Part shown: positions 1 to 12,870 of the stretch, in pieces
Position numbering within the stretch: position 1 is the stretch's first letter
Layout of the letters: every line of letters begins with the position of its first letter
Origin: Lytechinus pictus
Lineage: Eukaryota
DNA: 64,000 nucleotides
Reading direction: 5' to 3'
Assembly: GCF_037042905.1 (NCBI RefSeq)
Contig: NC_087250.1
Location: forward strand, 14,882,001-14,946,000
Made by a program: the position numbers and the translations under genes
The notes under the pieces: model-generated
The model's database searches: none
Told to the model about the DNA's origin: nothing
The model's input: only the letters and a program-made list of their open reading frames with translations

Positions 1-318
1 AAAAGGGTTGTGAACATGCTCCTGATCGTCCTATTAACCTTCTTCATCTGCTGGGGTCCTAATCAGATCTTCTATCTGTTGCTCAACCTTGGTCTAGTAC
101 CCACATCTTATCTCTATGGTCCGTTGCATCGATTTCTTGTTGTTTTAGCTTTCTTCAACTCTTGTCTCAATCCGGTTATCTACACGGCCCGTTATCCACG
201 GTTCCGTGAAGCTCTTAAAGATTTGTTCTCAAGCTCTTCTATCAAGTCACAAGTCCCAATCTTTGGGCAGAAAATGGAAACTTCTACAGTGCCTACCATT
301 GCCAGTAATGTTGCTTGA
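1..318 (+). CDS. C-terminal part (TM6-TM7-helix 8) of a rhodopsin-like class A GPCR; 5' part outside the window
   Basis: Frame open from base 1: KRVVNMLLIVLLTFFICWGP (TM6 CWxP), LAFFNSCLNPVIY (TM7 NPxxY), helix-8-like PRFREAL; stop TGA at 316-318. Confidence 0.9.
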   Translation, partial: KRVVNMLLIVLLTFFICWGPNQIFYLLLNLGLVPTSYLYGPLHRFLVVLAFFNSCLNPVIYTARYPRFREALKDLFSSSSIKSQVPIFGQKMETSTVPTIASNVA

Positions 319-751
319 CTCCATAAAAGGGGGGATGCGGGAGCGCTATCGGGACTGTCATCTCCTATATAGACTAAAACTAAAAACTACAAGTTGCACA
401 TCTGATTACGAAAAGAACGTTCAGATTCCCTACAAGCGTTGTCTTGATAGAGTGTATACTCTTGAGTTACAAGGTACATGCATGGTAGCTTATTGGGGAT
501 GTGGAAGTGAAGAACTTTAAATGATACCAACATAGAATTAAATTTAAGAGTTATTGGACTTTCTGCCATTCAGACAAGATGTTCCATGCATGATTCGGAA
601 ACGTGGGGAATTGATAATCAATTCTGTTTGGTATGTTTCATCAAGGGGTGATCTTTGTCGGGAGTTAAATAACTAACAGCACTTTCATTTTAAGTATTCT
701 AAAACACAGTAATGGATTGCATGGTGCATAATCGTCGCCGATTTATCCTAT

Positions 752-1062
752 GACCCGTATTCTGATAGCAGGTTTAACTTAAACTCAGGTTTAGAGTTGT
801 GGTTTAAGTATGGATAGCCAATTATTACATAAATCACTAACAGTAGAGATATCATACTTCAGCTCATTTGGCTCTCAAATCATTCATAATTGTCTAGGAA
901 GTGTAAATATATGATTGCATTGACCATCGATGAATCGGGAAAGAGCACAGTAAACATAAGAAACATACAACTCCATAAAAATTTTGATACTTATGGCTTC
1001 CCATACTTAAACCACAACTTTAAACCTGAGTTTAAGTTAAACCCGACTTCAGAATACGGGCC
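752..1062. mobile_element. MITE, PIF/Harbinger-like
   Basis: About 60-bp terminal inverted repeats (gacccgtattctga...aagtatgg / ccatactt...tcagaatacgggcc); 3-bp TAT on both flanks. Confidence 0.8.
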
Positions 1063-2060
1063 TATGTCTTCAAATACGGCATAACGGCGTCGTGTCCAAA
1101 TGTCACCCTTTCCCATTTTATAGAGAATCATTCTATCTGTTAAAAAAATTCCTTCAATTTCTCTTATGACTTTAAGCTGAAATCTTACTAGTAATTGCTG
1201 ACAGGAAATTCAACGTCCCTGCATGCAGCAACCCCCCCCCTCGCCTTCCATTTTAAACGATGGTGTGTGATTCTTTGCTTGATTACTGGTACAATGAATG
1301 CTCTTTTTTTTTTCTCCCTGACGTCGTGTTCATCTACATTGGTGTGGTTGGTGTAAATCATCTGAGTATTGTGCTTTATAGGGTTTATGTATTATTTTTC
1401 ATTGTGAAGTGAATATAGGTCACTATTCCTTATTGAAAAGTTCTTCGATCATATTGCCTTAAAATCGAAAAAGAGCACAGAGGCTTACAAAGAAATATTA
1501 ATAGGATATTGTTTTGTTATTTCTAAATGAGGTTGGGTGAGTAGCATTATATTTTTTCAATAGATTCCACTGAGGAGAAACTGTCACTGTTTTTAGATGG
1601 AAAATGTTATTTTTGTCGATAATCTTGTTGTTTTTCTTATCATTTTCGTGTTGCCGTCTTAATAGGGCGATTCCATGCTAGAAAAATCAGCCTTTCTACT
1701 GGGTAGACATGTAAAAAAAATGACAATCAACAAAAATGTCGTGCCCATGGATGAATTGGAGGTGAAAATGTTGCGTGCCGTATACATTTCTGAGTCCCAT
1801 ACGACACGCATTAATTATCACCTTTAATTCACCCATAATCAACATACTTTTTGTTGGTTATCAGTTTTTCACATGACTACCCACTATAAATTCATTCACA
1901 AAAAATGATTTTTTTTTTTACTGCTCAAGCATTCAGCTAAGAGACTAGAAATTGTTGTCAAAATGTCCCGTACGACACGTGAAGAATCACCCTAAACATG
2001 CTAAATATAGTAGTATGCCTGCTGAGACAATAAATTAGGCCTTTACACCCCCATCTGTAA

Positions 2061-2173
2061 CAGGGCCGTGGGCATTGGCGGCGGAAGGGACCACAAACAA
2101 ATTTTGACAAGCAAAAAAAAAAAAAAAGGTTATCAACCAAACATTTTAGGGGGGACGCAGAAAAAAATATACA

Positions 2174-2207
<34 letters not shown>

Positions 2208-2552
2208 TAATCAACAAAAAAATAAGGGAGGGGGTTCGTCCCCCCGCTTCCGCCGCCTATGGCCGTGGGAACGATTTTTTGACTGGGGGTGCTGATCTCA
2301 ATTCGACAAAGCGAAAGAAGAAAACAAAGTTTTACTCCAAAATGAAGATAATTTTCGTCCCGAGAAATTTGACAAGCAAGCACAAAAAACAAGGCTTCTG
2401 AAAAAAAAAGATGTTGGTCATCTTGGTTACATTTCTTAATTTTGTCATACCGTTCAGAATTCACGGGGGTGCTGCCTATGGAAAATAAACAAGCATCACC
2501 CCCAAGGAAAACTTTGGGGGGTGCTTCAGCACTCCCGCTTCACAGGGCCATG
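2061..2552. mobile_element. hAT-like non-autonomous element carrying a nested MITE (2073-2261)
   Basis: Outer 8-bp TSD atctgtaa (2053-2060 / 2553-2560). Inner element has TIR cattggcggcggaag / cttccgccgcctatg and 8-bp TSD gccgtggg (2065-2072 / 2262-2269). Confidence 0.8.
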
Positions 2553-3289
2553 ATCTGTAATAGATTTCTAATCACTCAAATCATGGACCTACCACAAGTT
2601 AAGTTAAATTTAGAAAGAAATTGATTCTTTTAATTACTACGAGCGCGAAGCGCGAGCAGAAATTTTTAATGTGCGTTCTGGCCTGGTCGAAAAGGGACCT
2701 GTTAAGGAAGTTTTGCAGTTAGCCATTAAGACGATACAAATTTCAACGATTAAATAATGCGAGCGCGAAGCGCGAGCTGAACATTTTTGATATTCCAACC
2801 TAAAAAATCAGATTTCAAACCCCCAACGGGACACTCGATTCATGTTTTGTCACTCATGAAAAATGATGGGTAGTTTTTTGTATCTTCCTACATTAATAAT
2901 GCGAGCGCAAAGCGCGAGCAGAAATTTTTTGATATTCTGATCTGAAACTGGATAATTTTAGCACGTTTTTAATAAGATCAAGATGCGTATCTCAATAAAC
3001 ATGCGTGCACGTGTTTTAGAGTTAGACAGAATCTGGGCATTCTGAATACATTTCATTTTTCATCATGAAACTCAATAATGCGAGCGCGGATCGCGAGCTG
3101 GAAATAATATTTGAAATTCCGATATGAAATGGGTCAATTTAAGCAATATTTAAAGCACTGTGTATATAGGGGAATTGTGAAGTGGATGTGGAAAGCACTT
3201 TATAAATGGTGCGAGCGCGAGCTGATTTTTTATTATTATTTCAAACTAGGATCGAGACATTTTAGGCCTAAGGACATTTTGTCATTATA

Positions 3290-6040
3290 TATTTCATTTC
3301 ATTTCGTTTATTTCCATTTTCAACAATTACAGTTTATTTTGTACATTTTAACATATAAATAACAAAACATATTTCAAGTATTCCTGTACAAAAATTATAT
3401 TCAAGATTATTACATATCAGGTTGGAAATGGAGGAGGCTGCTAAAAAGCGGAGCTTGTAGAGTGCAGCCTCCTAATAAATATTCTTGTAGTTGCATAACA
3501 TATAAAAATCAAAATAACAACTAGAGCATGAACCAGTTAAATTAAAAGCAAATAGGGTAAATTAAAATAGAAAAGGAAATAAGAAAAAGAGAGATTAAAG
3601 GTCTCCAGAATCCAGCCCCAGCACTCACAGACGGACCTCGTTGATCAACAGGAAAACGAAAGAGATGTAAAAGCGTACGTGACATGATAATCATGTTTGA
3701 TTAAAAAAAAAATACAAGAGTTTGAGTGATGAAGAGTTAAATTCAATGGTTATCTTGGAGAAATTTTTTGAACTTATATTTGAAAGAATTAAGGCTTGGT
3801 GATTCTTTGATGTTTTTATTAATAGTTCCCCAGAGTCTAGGGCCTTCAAAAGTAAAAATAGATTTTGCAAGGATGGTCCGGGGTAGTGGTAAATGGAATT
3901 CATCTGATTGACGTGTGGGATATTTGTGAAGAGTTTTGTTTTTGTTAAATGAAGAATTAAATATGAATGGTAACCAGTAGCGTACCGTGAACCGCAGGAG
4001 ACAAAGCATTGGGGGGGCAGTGCATTGTCTGTGAACAATGCTTTGCCCCCCCAATGCTTTGTCTCCTCCGAGTCACGGTACGCTACTGATGGTAACATAT
4101 TATTGTTTAACTGATACATAAATTGACCTAAGTTATATTGGTACAGTGTTTTTATTTTTAGAATGTTGTTGTTAAAAAACAACTCATCTGTGTGAGATCT
4201 CCAGGACAAGTTGAAAATAACACGCAATGCCTAATTCTTTTGTAAAAGTAATATTCTATCAAGGTAGGTTGAGTGTGTATTTCCCCAAACAATTGCTCCA
4301 TAATTTAAATATGGTAAAATTAATGTTGAATAAAGCATTTTTAGGGAGGAAGTTGGAAGAAAAAATTTGACTTTGTTAATAACACCAATATTGCGTGAAA
4401 TTGTACGACATATAAAGTCAATGTGTGTTTTCCAAGATAATTTGTTGTCTATTATGAGACCTTAAAATTTTGTTGTAGTAACAACTTCAATGTCTTTATT
4501 GTCCAATTTGATATTAGATGGCAATTGTTCTAAAGAATTGCTAAAAAGCATGCATTTCGTTTTTTGTACATTAATTGACAATTTGTTAGCCCTAATCCAT
4601 TGTACCAATTTATCCAGTTCAGTGTTCAGTACATTTATTAAAATATCGGGGTTAGGATGATAGTATAGTACGTTTGAATCATCTGCAAAAAGGACATAAG
4701 ATAATATTTCAGAGGAGTTCTGGATGTCATTTATATAGATTATGAATAAAAGAGGGCCCAGGAGGCTGCCTTGGGGAACACCCCAGTTAACATTTTGTAG
4801 AGAAGAATTTTGTTCATTTATGCTTACGAATTGTTTACGATTTACGAGGTAGTTTCTGAACCACTCCAAGGCCTTCCCACGAACTCCGTAATTTTCAAGT
4901 TTGTAGAGCAGTATTTCATGATTTATAGTGTCAAAGGCCTTGGAGAGGTCCAGAAAAACACCTATTGTATGTTCAAAGTTGTCAATAGCTTTTGTGATTT
5001 TGTCAATAAATGAGAGAGTGGCATGAGATGTACTATGTTTTTGGCGAAATCCAAATTGAAAATCAGAGATTATATTATATTTATTCAAAAATTTTAATAA
5101 TCTTGTGTAGATCACCCTTTCCATAACTTTAGACAAAGTAGGTAATAAAGCTATCGGTCTATAGTTACATACATTAATCTTTTCTCCTTTTTTGTGCACT
5201 GGTATTATCTTTGATATTTTCATATTGTCAGGCACGACGCCATTACTTAAAGAAAGGTTGAATATGTATACTAATGGATCAACAATATATTCTATAACAT
5301 TCTTTAATAAAATATTGCCAATACCATCGTGACCACAGCTTTTTTTTGTTTTTTAAGTTGTTCACTATATCTATTATTTCATGTCTATGTACTGGTACTA
5401 AAAATATAGAATTAGGGTTTGGTTGGTGAATGAAATCTGTAAATTTTTGTTGTGTTAATGGTATATTGTCTGCAAGACTTTTGCCAATTTGTGTAAAGTA
5501 TTGATTAAATATATCAGCTATACGGAAAGAATCATGAATTTCAACATTATTGTGCTTTATTGTTTTTATGCGTGCTTTTGTGCTTTGTTTATTTATGGCA
5601 GTGTTTATTGTTTTCCATGTTTTATTGATGTCGTGTTTGAAACGAATTAATTGATTTGTGAAATATTTTCGTTTTTCACTCCGCAATAATTTAGTGAGGG
5701 TATTTTTATATGTAGTATATTTACGATGTGACTTTTCTGAGCGATTAATTTTATCGGCATAGTATAAGTTATTTTTGCGATTTATTGATCGTAATATTGA
5801 TTTCGATATCCAAGGAAGTCTTGGACTCTTTTTATAATTATTACATTTACTGACCAATGGTACATGTCTATCTAAATGTGAAGTTAAAATTTTCATAAAT
5901 ATATTATATGCTGTATTTGTATCTTGAGAACTGAATGCCTCAGACCAATCCGCGTCTTCAAGACCATCTTTTAAGCTCTGTAAATTATTTGGTGTTAGTC
6001 GTCGGAATTTATGTTGCGGGGTATCTTTTATCTTATAAAA
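3290..6040 (-). mobile_element. 5'-truncated, frameshifted non-LTR retrotransposon (CR1/L2-group-like RT ORF2)
   Basis: ORF2 fragments 5279-5896, 4462-5235 (NYRPIALL, QFGFR, FLDLSKAFDT, GVPQGSLLGPLLF, FADD) and 3691-4227; frameshift at poly-T near 5340; 3' UTR hairpin near 3430-3475; AATAAA plus (GAAAT)n tail near 3290-3315. Confidence 0.9.
3975..4088. mobile_element. 114-bp palindromic hAT-like MITE inserted in the LINE ORF2
   Basis: TIR cagtagcgtaccgtga / tcacggtacgctactg; nearly the whole element is self-complementary; 8-bp TSD atggtaac (3967-3974 / 4089-4096). Confidence 0.9.
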
Positions 6041-6349
6041 ATGATGCCTATCTTCTATTCGTCTTCCTAAAACTTGTCGATATTTTTTTCTGAAAAAGGG
6101 ACAATTTAGTTATGAATTCATAAAAATATTTATTTCATATTTATTAAACTAATAAGCCTAATGAGTGCGTGAAATTTGTTGACAGTGCATGAGGCCTGAA
6201 AAACTGGATATTTTATATTTTTGTAATCATGAACAGCATTCATGAGTTGATACATTTATAGCAAATAATGCGAGCGCAAATCGCGATCCGAAATTTTTAA
6301 ATGGGGGGGGGGGGGAATTCAAGTAGTTTTGTTATAGAATATATAGGTA

Positions 6350-7417
6350 CAGTGGGTCACGGCATTGGGGGGGGGGCACCACCACAAATTTGGTGTCACT
6401 TAGGGAGCGCGCTCAGTTGCCAAGTATGCTGACCTAATAGAGAAATTTAAAGGACATGCAATGCCATTAAACGAATAAGTATCTCACTGATTAAATAATG
6501 CGAGCGCGAAGCGCGAGCTGAAAATTTTTGATATTCAGACCTAAAAGGGACATTATAAGCAAATTTTTTTGTAATCGTGATACGTACCTCTCTCGCTAAA
6601 CAAACAATGCGAGCGCGAAGAGCGAGCTAAAATTTTTGTATATATTGACCCCAAACAGGGACATTTTAAGGACTATATTTTAGATATAAATATCTCAGCA
6701 TAGTCATCTAATGATAGTGGCATCCTTTGCTGATTTTGTTAGAATTACATCTAAACATATGAAGCACTTTTTGTAGTCATTGTAATCATGATCATCATAC
6801 GCATCTCACTAATCAAATACTGCGAGCGCGAAGCGCGAGCTGAAAATTTATGAAATTCAGAACTGAAGAGGGGCACTCTAAGGCTTGTTTGTAGGAATTC
6901 ACTAAGTCCTTACGTATTTCACTAACCAAATGATGCGAGCGCGAAGCGCGAGCTAAAAATTTTTGAAAAATTGACATTTTAAAGGACTGATTTTAGGAAT
7001 TCATGAAGAGCAGACATCTCACCAATCAACTAATGCGAACGTTAGCACGGACAGGAAATGTTTTATATTAAGACCTTAAAATTGGGCAATCACTTTAAGT
7101 AGTCATGAAAAAGAAGCAAATGTCACTACATAAAACAATAATAACTCGAATGGCGAGGAAATTTATTTGGTGTATATTGATTTGGAAACGGGAGGTTTTA
7201 GTACAACAGGATTATACATCTCGTTTAAACAGTCTATGCGAGCACCAGGAACAATGAAGACATAGGCCCTGAGCAAACTGTATCATAAATTCATGAAAAA
7301 AAATGCTTCTTATGTAACATAATTATGATATGATATAACATTACAATAAACAATAATTTCTTCTTTCCCCATTACGTTTCTCTTCCTTTCTCCCTCTTTT
7401 TCTCCTTTTCCCCGTTT

Positions 7418-7448
<31 letters not shown>

Positions 7449-7485
7449 CACGTGCCCCCCATGCCCCCTGGTAGTTACGCCACTG
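6350..7485. mobile_element. hAT-like non-autonomous element with internal GCGAGCGCGAAGCGCGAGC repeats
   Basis: Ends cagtgg... and ...gttacgccactg; 8-bp TSD tataggta (6342-6349 / 7486-7493). Confidence 0.8.
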
Positions 7486-7631
7486 TATAGGTATACAGAA
7501 CTCACCGATCAAAATGCGAGCGCACAGCGCTAGCTCATAGGCCTTCATTTTTGACAATCGAGACACCTGAAAAGGTATATTTTGAGAACCTTATATGAAA
7601 TACACAAAGATAATAGGTAGGCCTACAACAT

Positions 7632-8126
7632 TTTAAAGTTTCGCTTAATTTCACAAACCAGTTATATTCACATCCTTGTCGGTATGCAAATGAGGAGACT
7701 GATGACATCACTCACTCACTACTTCTTTTTGTATTTTAGTATATTAAATATGAAATATTCCATTTTCTCCGTTGTCGTGTGAAACAACGATTAATTCCTC
7801 CCTGAACATGAGCAATTAGCATTGTTTAATACTAAATGGTTCAATCAAGTTGGTCCATATTGTAAAATCTGTAAAAAATGATATATTGTATAATTCTAAT
7901 AATAAAAAACAAAGGAATTAGTGAGTGAGTGACATCATCGACTGTCTCATTTGCATGTCACTGAGTTGTGCATATCACTGTTTTGTGAAAAATAAGCAAA
8001 ATTTTAAAATGTCATAATTTTCTTATTTTACATCCGATTTTGATGAAATTTTCAGCATAATGCTTGTTTGATTTTTATCTATTTATTCAAATCAACATTT
8101 TTTTGGGGGGTGGACTTGTCCTTTAA
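7632..8126. mobile_element. Partial Kolobok/T2-like MITE (same family as 53335-54686)
   Basis: Ends ggggtggacttgtcctttaa; internal sequence matches 54206-54690. Confidence 0.65.
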
Positions 8127-8774
8127 GAAATGAATGCGAGCGCGAAGCGCTAGCTGAAAACTTTTTTAATGATGAAATGAAAAGGACATTTTCAATTGTT
8201 AAATTAGAATAAAAAATATTTTCAGCTTGTGCTTCTCGTTCGCATAAAAAAAACTGTGAAGTCGGGATGCGTATATAACTAAACAGTGATGCGAGCGCGA
8301 AGCGCGAGCTCAATTTTTTATATACTGACTTAAGAAGGACTCTTTTAAGGTATAATTCCTATTCTAAAAGTTTTTCCTTTTTCTCTTCGTCTTTTTTTTC
8401 TTTTTCTTTACCTTTTTTGCGCCACCATGGGGGGGGGGGGCAAAAACTTTGCCCCCTGGATCGGCCTATGTATATTGACTTGAAAAACACTAACATTTTA
8501 AGGACTTATGTACGTGTGATCGATGGAGAGGATACACACCTCACTAATCAAATATTGCGAGCGCGTAGCGCCAGCTAAATTTGATATCAACCCCTTTTCT
8601 GACCCTGAACAGGATGCCTATCTCGCCAAACAAACTTCAAACTCGAGCACATTGATTTTTGTCTATTATCGTAAAAACGGGATATTTTAAATCAGCCGCA
8701 TTAATTTAACCTTTTTGGGCAGGAAATAAATTTCACTATAAACAGGCAATACGAGCAATGTTGCAAAGTTCAAG

Positions 8775-11700
8775 GTCAATTTGGCGCCCTCGGTTGAACA
8801 TGAATTTGGCGCCATGTGAAATATCACTTTGTCGCCTTATGGTCAAACATCAAATTAGCGCTCCCCCAGTTCGAACATCAATTTGGCGCCCCTATATAGT
8901 TCGAACATTCAATCGGCGCCCCCCGATGTCGAACATAAATTTTGCGCCCCTACGTCGAATATCAATTCGGCGCAACCCCCCTACGTCGAACATCTATTTG
9001 GCCTCCCCAGTTCAAACATCAATTTGGCGCCCCATAGTTCGAATGTCATTTTGGCGCTGCCTAGTTCGAATAGCAATTTGGCGCCCCCTAGTTCGAACAT
9101 CAATTTGGCGCCCCTATATAGTTCGAACATTCAATCGGCGCCCCCCGATGTCGAACATAAATTTTGCGCCCCTACGTCGAACATCAATTCGGCGCAACCC
9201 CCCTACGTCGAACATCTATTTGGCCTCCCTAGTTCGAACATCAATTTGGCGCCCCCAGTTGGAACATCAAATTGGCGCCCCTAGTTCGAACATCAATTCG
9301 GCGCCCCCCCCCTAGTTCGAGTATCAATTCGGCGCCCCTAAATGTAGGTCGATCATCAATTCGCCCCCCCCCCCGTTCGAACATCAATTCGACCCCCAGT
9401 TCGAACATCATTTTGGCATCCCTTCGAACTCAAATTGGCTTCCCTAGTTCGAATATCATTTCGCCCCCCTAGCTCAAGTATCAATTTGGCGCCCCCCTAG
9501 CTCGAACATCGATTCCCCCCCCCCCTAGTTCGAGTATCAATTTGGCGCCCCCAGTTCGAACATCATTTGAACATCCCTTCGAACATCATTTTGGCGCCCT
9601 CCTAGATCGAATATCAATTCGGCGCCCCTACATTGTTTGTTTGTTTATTTATTATCCGATTATTAAAAAAAACATGAAATATAAATTACATAAATACATA
9701 ACATAAATGGCATTAATAGAAATAAACAAAATGAATTGCAAATGAATAGATAGAATAAAATAATCGAAAGGATTGCCCATTTCAGAGTTATTGACATAAA
9801 TCACTCTGGTCTTCCATGGGGTCCATAAAAAAATACATTAAAATAGTTTACATTGCAATACAAGGAAAATTTGATATTGAAAAAAAAAGAAAAAAAAAGA
9901 AAAGTGCGAAAGAAAAAAAAAAATATATGTATAAAACATATAATTGAATGTATCAATTAACAACCCCCACCAACAATACATATTATCAAACCAAAACCTA
10001 CTTTATCACCCCCCCCCCCCCCTCTGTGTGAGCAGCAATAGAGATGCTAACATATGTGGTTTATAAATCAACCAAGTATTCATCTATTAGTCTATTGAAT
10101 TCCTTAAGTGTGCCAGATTGGCGAATTCTTATCGGTAATTCATTGTATAACACAGTTGCACGATACATAAAAGTTCGTTTGCAATTGTTGGTTCGCGGTT
10201 TAGGAAGAGCCAACAGGCCTGACGTTCTGAAGTTATATTTGTTTTCCTTAATAACAAAGTTCTCCTTCATATACCCAGGAGCCAAATCATGCATTATTTT
10301 ATACATAAATGATAACACGTGTCTCTTTCTTCGCTTACATAGTTGTTCCCAGTCCAGCAGACTATGAAGTTCAGAAATAGATTTATGTTCATATGGGTTT
10401 ATGCCTAAAATTATTCTAGATGCTCTGTTTTGGAGTTTTTGAAGTTGTTCTAACAAAGTCATACTGGTGGATTGCCAGACTACATCAGCATAGTCAAAAT
10501 GAGGTAAAACAACAGTGTTGTATATTATATTCAAGTTTGAAGTACTCATAAAGTGTCTAAGTCTACATAAGAAATTTATCATTTTTCCTATCTTCTTACA
10601 CATGTTATCTACCTGCAGATTCCATTTCAATTCTGAGTCAACAAGAACACCGAGATATTTGAAACTTTTAACCTGAGTTAAGCGAACACCATTTAAGTTT
10701 AAATCTATACAACCATTCTTAGTAAGCATTTTTTTCGAGCCTATCAACATACAAACAGTTTTGTCACAATTTATTCTTAACTTGTTTTTCTTCATCCACG
10801 ATTCCAGTACTTTCAATTCCTTATTCATTGTTGTTTGTAAAACTTGTGGTTCTTCATGTGAAAAATATACCACAGAATCGTCTGCATATAAATGTACAGA
10901 ACATTTGTTGAAACATTTGGGCAAATCGTTTATAAATATAAGGAACAACAGTGGACCTAATAAGGACCCTTGTGGAACACCGAATTTGAGAGGCTGTTCC
11001 TCTGACATTGCATCATTTACTGATGTGATAATTGTTCTACCTGATAAGTAACTTATAAACCAGTTGTTTCGGTCCTTACATTCACTTAATTTCTCAGAAT
11101 AATACTTCTTTTTATTTTTCCTAATCTCTAATGTGACTTTATTTCTTAAGCGTCTATATTCATTCCAGTAAACATCCTGTTTTTTGTGCCTTGCCTTATT
11201 TTTCATTTTATCACGAGATTTTATAAGTTCAAATATTGAATCATTAAGCCAAGGGGAATGTTTCTTTCTCACACGCTTGGTTTTCATAGGCATGTGTTTG
11301 TTGACAACCTCTAACAGAAGCTCCTCCCATTTGTTAACTGCTATATCAATGTTATCACAACCTTCAACATCATTCCAATTTTTAGCTCTTAGATCTGCTG
11401 TGAATAAATCCATATCAATTCCATTAGATTGTCTAAATGTAACATATTTTGGACTCGATTGGACACTTTTACAAGATTTCCATGATAAATAGCTCATTGA
11501 GTGATCACTTAAACCATTATCAATTACACCATGTAGGTCCAACATCAATTTGGCGCCCCATCGTTCGAGTATCAATTTGGCCCCCCTAGTTCCAACATCA
11601 ATTCTGAGCCCCCCTAGTTCGAGTATCAATTTGGCGCCCTCCTAGTTCGAACATCGATTCGGCCCCCTCCCCCCCTAGTTCGAATATCAATCTGGCGCCC

Positions 11701-12040
11701 CCAGTTCGAACATCATTTTAACATCCCTTCGAACATCATTTCGGCGCCCTCCTAGTTCGAATATCAATTCGCGCCCCTACATGTAGGTCCAACATCAGTT
11801 TGGCGCCCCTATTTCGAATATCATTTCGGCCCCCCCCCTAGCTCGAGTATCAATTTGGCGCCCCCTAGTTCCAACATCAATTTGGCGCCCCCTAGTTCCA
11901 ACATCAATTTGGCGCCCCTCCGTCGAATATCAATTCGCCCCCCCCCCCCCCGTTCGAACATCAATTCGGCCCCCAGTTCGAACATCATTTTGACATTCAT
12001 TCGAACATCATTTCGGCGCCCTTTTGGTTCGAACATCATT
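8775..12040. repeat. About 30-bp minisatellite (ttggcgcccctagttcgaacatcaat)n, split by a LINE insertion
   Basis: Units at 8775-9633 and 11530-12040; the overlapping ORFs are just the repeated unit translated. Confidence 0.9.
9634..11529 (-). mobile_element. 5'-truncated non-LTR retrotransposon (CR1/L2-group-like) with internal deletion
   Basis: ORF 10061-11529 has the endonuclease end (GLSDHSM), RT motifs GVPQGSLLGPLLF, YADD and KYLGV, and a C-terminal LALPKPRT..KRTFMYR region; (AAAC/AAAT)n tail at 9634-9653; inserted into the minisatellite unit cctacat|gtaggtcc with cat duplicated. Confidence 0.9.
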
Positions 12041-12870
12041 TTCTTTCCTCCTCTTCCTCTTTTTTTCTTCTCGTCCTTCCCCCTCTCCCTTCCCCCTCTT
12101 CCTCTCCCCTTTTCTTTTCCCCCTTTCTCTCTCTTTTTTCTTCTCTTCTTTCTTCCCTCTTCCTATTCTACTTTTTTTTCTCCTTTTCCCCTCTGTTCCC
12201 CCCCTCTTCCTCTTTTTTCTCCCCCTCCCCCTCCCTTTTCTTCTCCTTTTTTCTTCTTTTCTTTCCCCTCTTCTTTTTTCTTCTTTTCTTTCCCCTCCTT
12301 TTTTTTTCTTCTTTCCTCCCTCTCCTTTTTCTCCTTTTCTTTCCCCTCTTCCTCTTTTTTCTTCCCCCTCTCCCCCCTCCCTTTTCTTCTCTTCCTCTTT
12401 TTTCTCCTTTTCTATCCTCTTTTTCCTCTCTCTCTTTTTCTTCTCTTCCTTTCCCCTCCTCCCCTTTCTCTCTTTTTTCTCCTTTTCCTTTCCCTCTCCT
12501 TTTCCTTCTCTTTCTTTCCCCTTTTCCTCTCCCTTTTCCTTCCCTTCCTTCCCCCCCCTTCCCTAATTTTTCTTCTTTTCTTTCCCCCTTTCCTCTCTCT
12601 TTTTTCTCCTCTTCTTCCTTCCCCCTCTTCCTCTCTCTTTTCCCCTCTTCTTTTCCCCTTTCTCTCTCTTCTCTTCTTTCCTCCTTCTTCCTCTCTCTTT
12701 TTTTCTCCTTTTCCTTTCCCCCTCTCCCTCTCTCCTTTCTTCTTTTCTTTCCCCCTTTTCCTCTCTCTTTTGTCTTCCCTTCTTCCCCCTCTTCCTTTCT
12801 TCTTTTTCTTCTTTTCTTTCCCCTCTTCCCCTCTTTTTTCTCTTTCTTTCCCTCTCTTCTTTTTTTTTTG
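12041..12870. repeat. Polypyrimidine/polypurine low-complexity tract followed by a hAT-like end (ggatccgcgcctg, 12928)
   Basis: About 830 nt of almost only C/T on the + strand. Confidence 0.9.

Larger units (their letters stand above)
2636..8580. repeat. Interrupted array of about 110-140-bp units anchored on GCGAGCGCGAAGCGCGAGC
   Basis: Motif or close variants near 2640, 2760, 2901, 3080, 3211, 6270, 6500, 6609, 6822, 6935, 7516, 8136, 8291 and 8557; split by a LINE and by MITEs. Confidence 0.8.

Noticed and set aside
8758..9472. Repetitive ORFs and a CRISPR-like look of the 30-bp repeat
   Set aside because: Units are contiguous with no unique spacers, no cas genes, eukaryotic context; ORFs are translated minisatellite.
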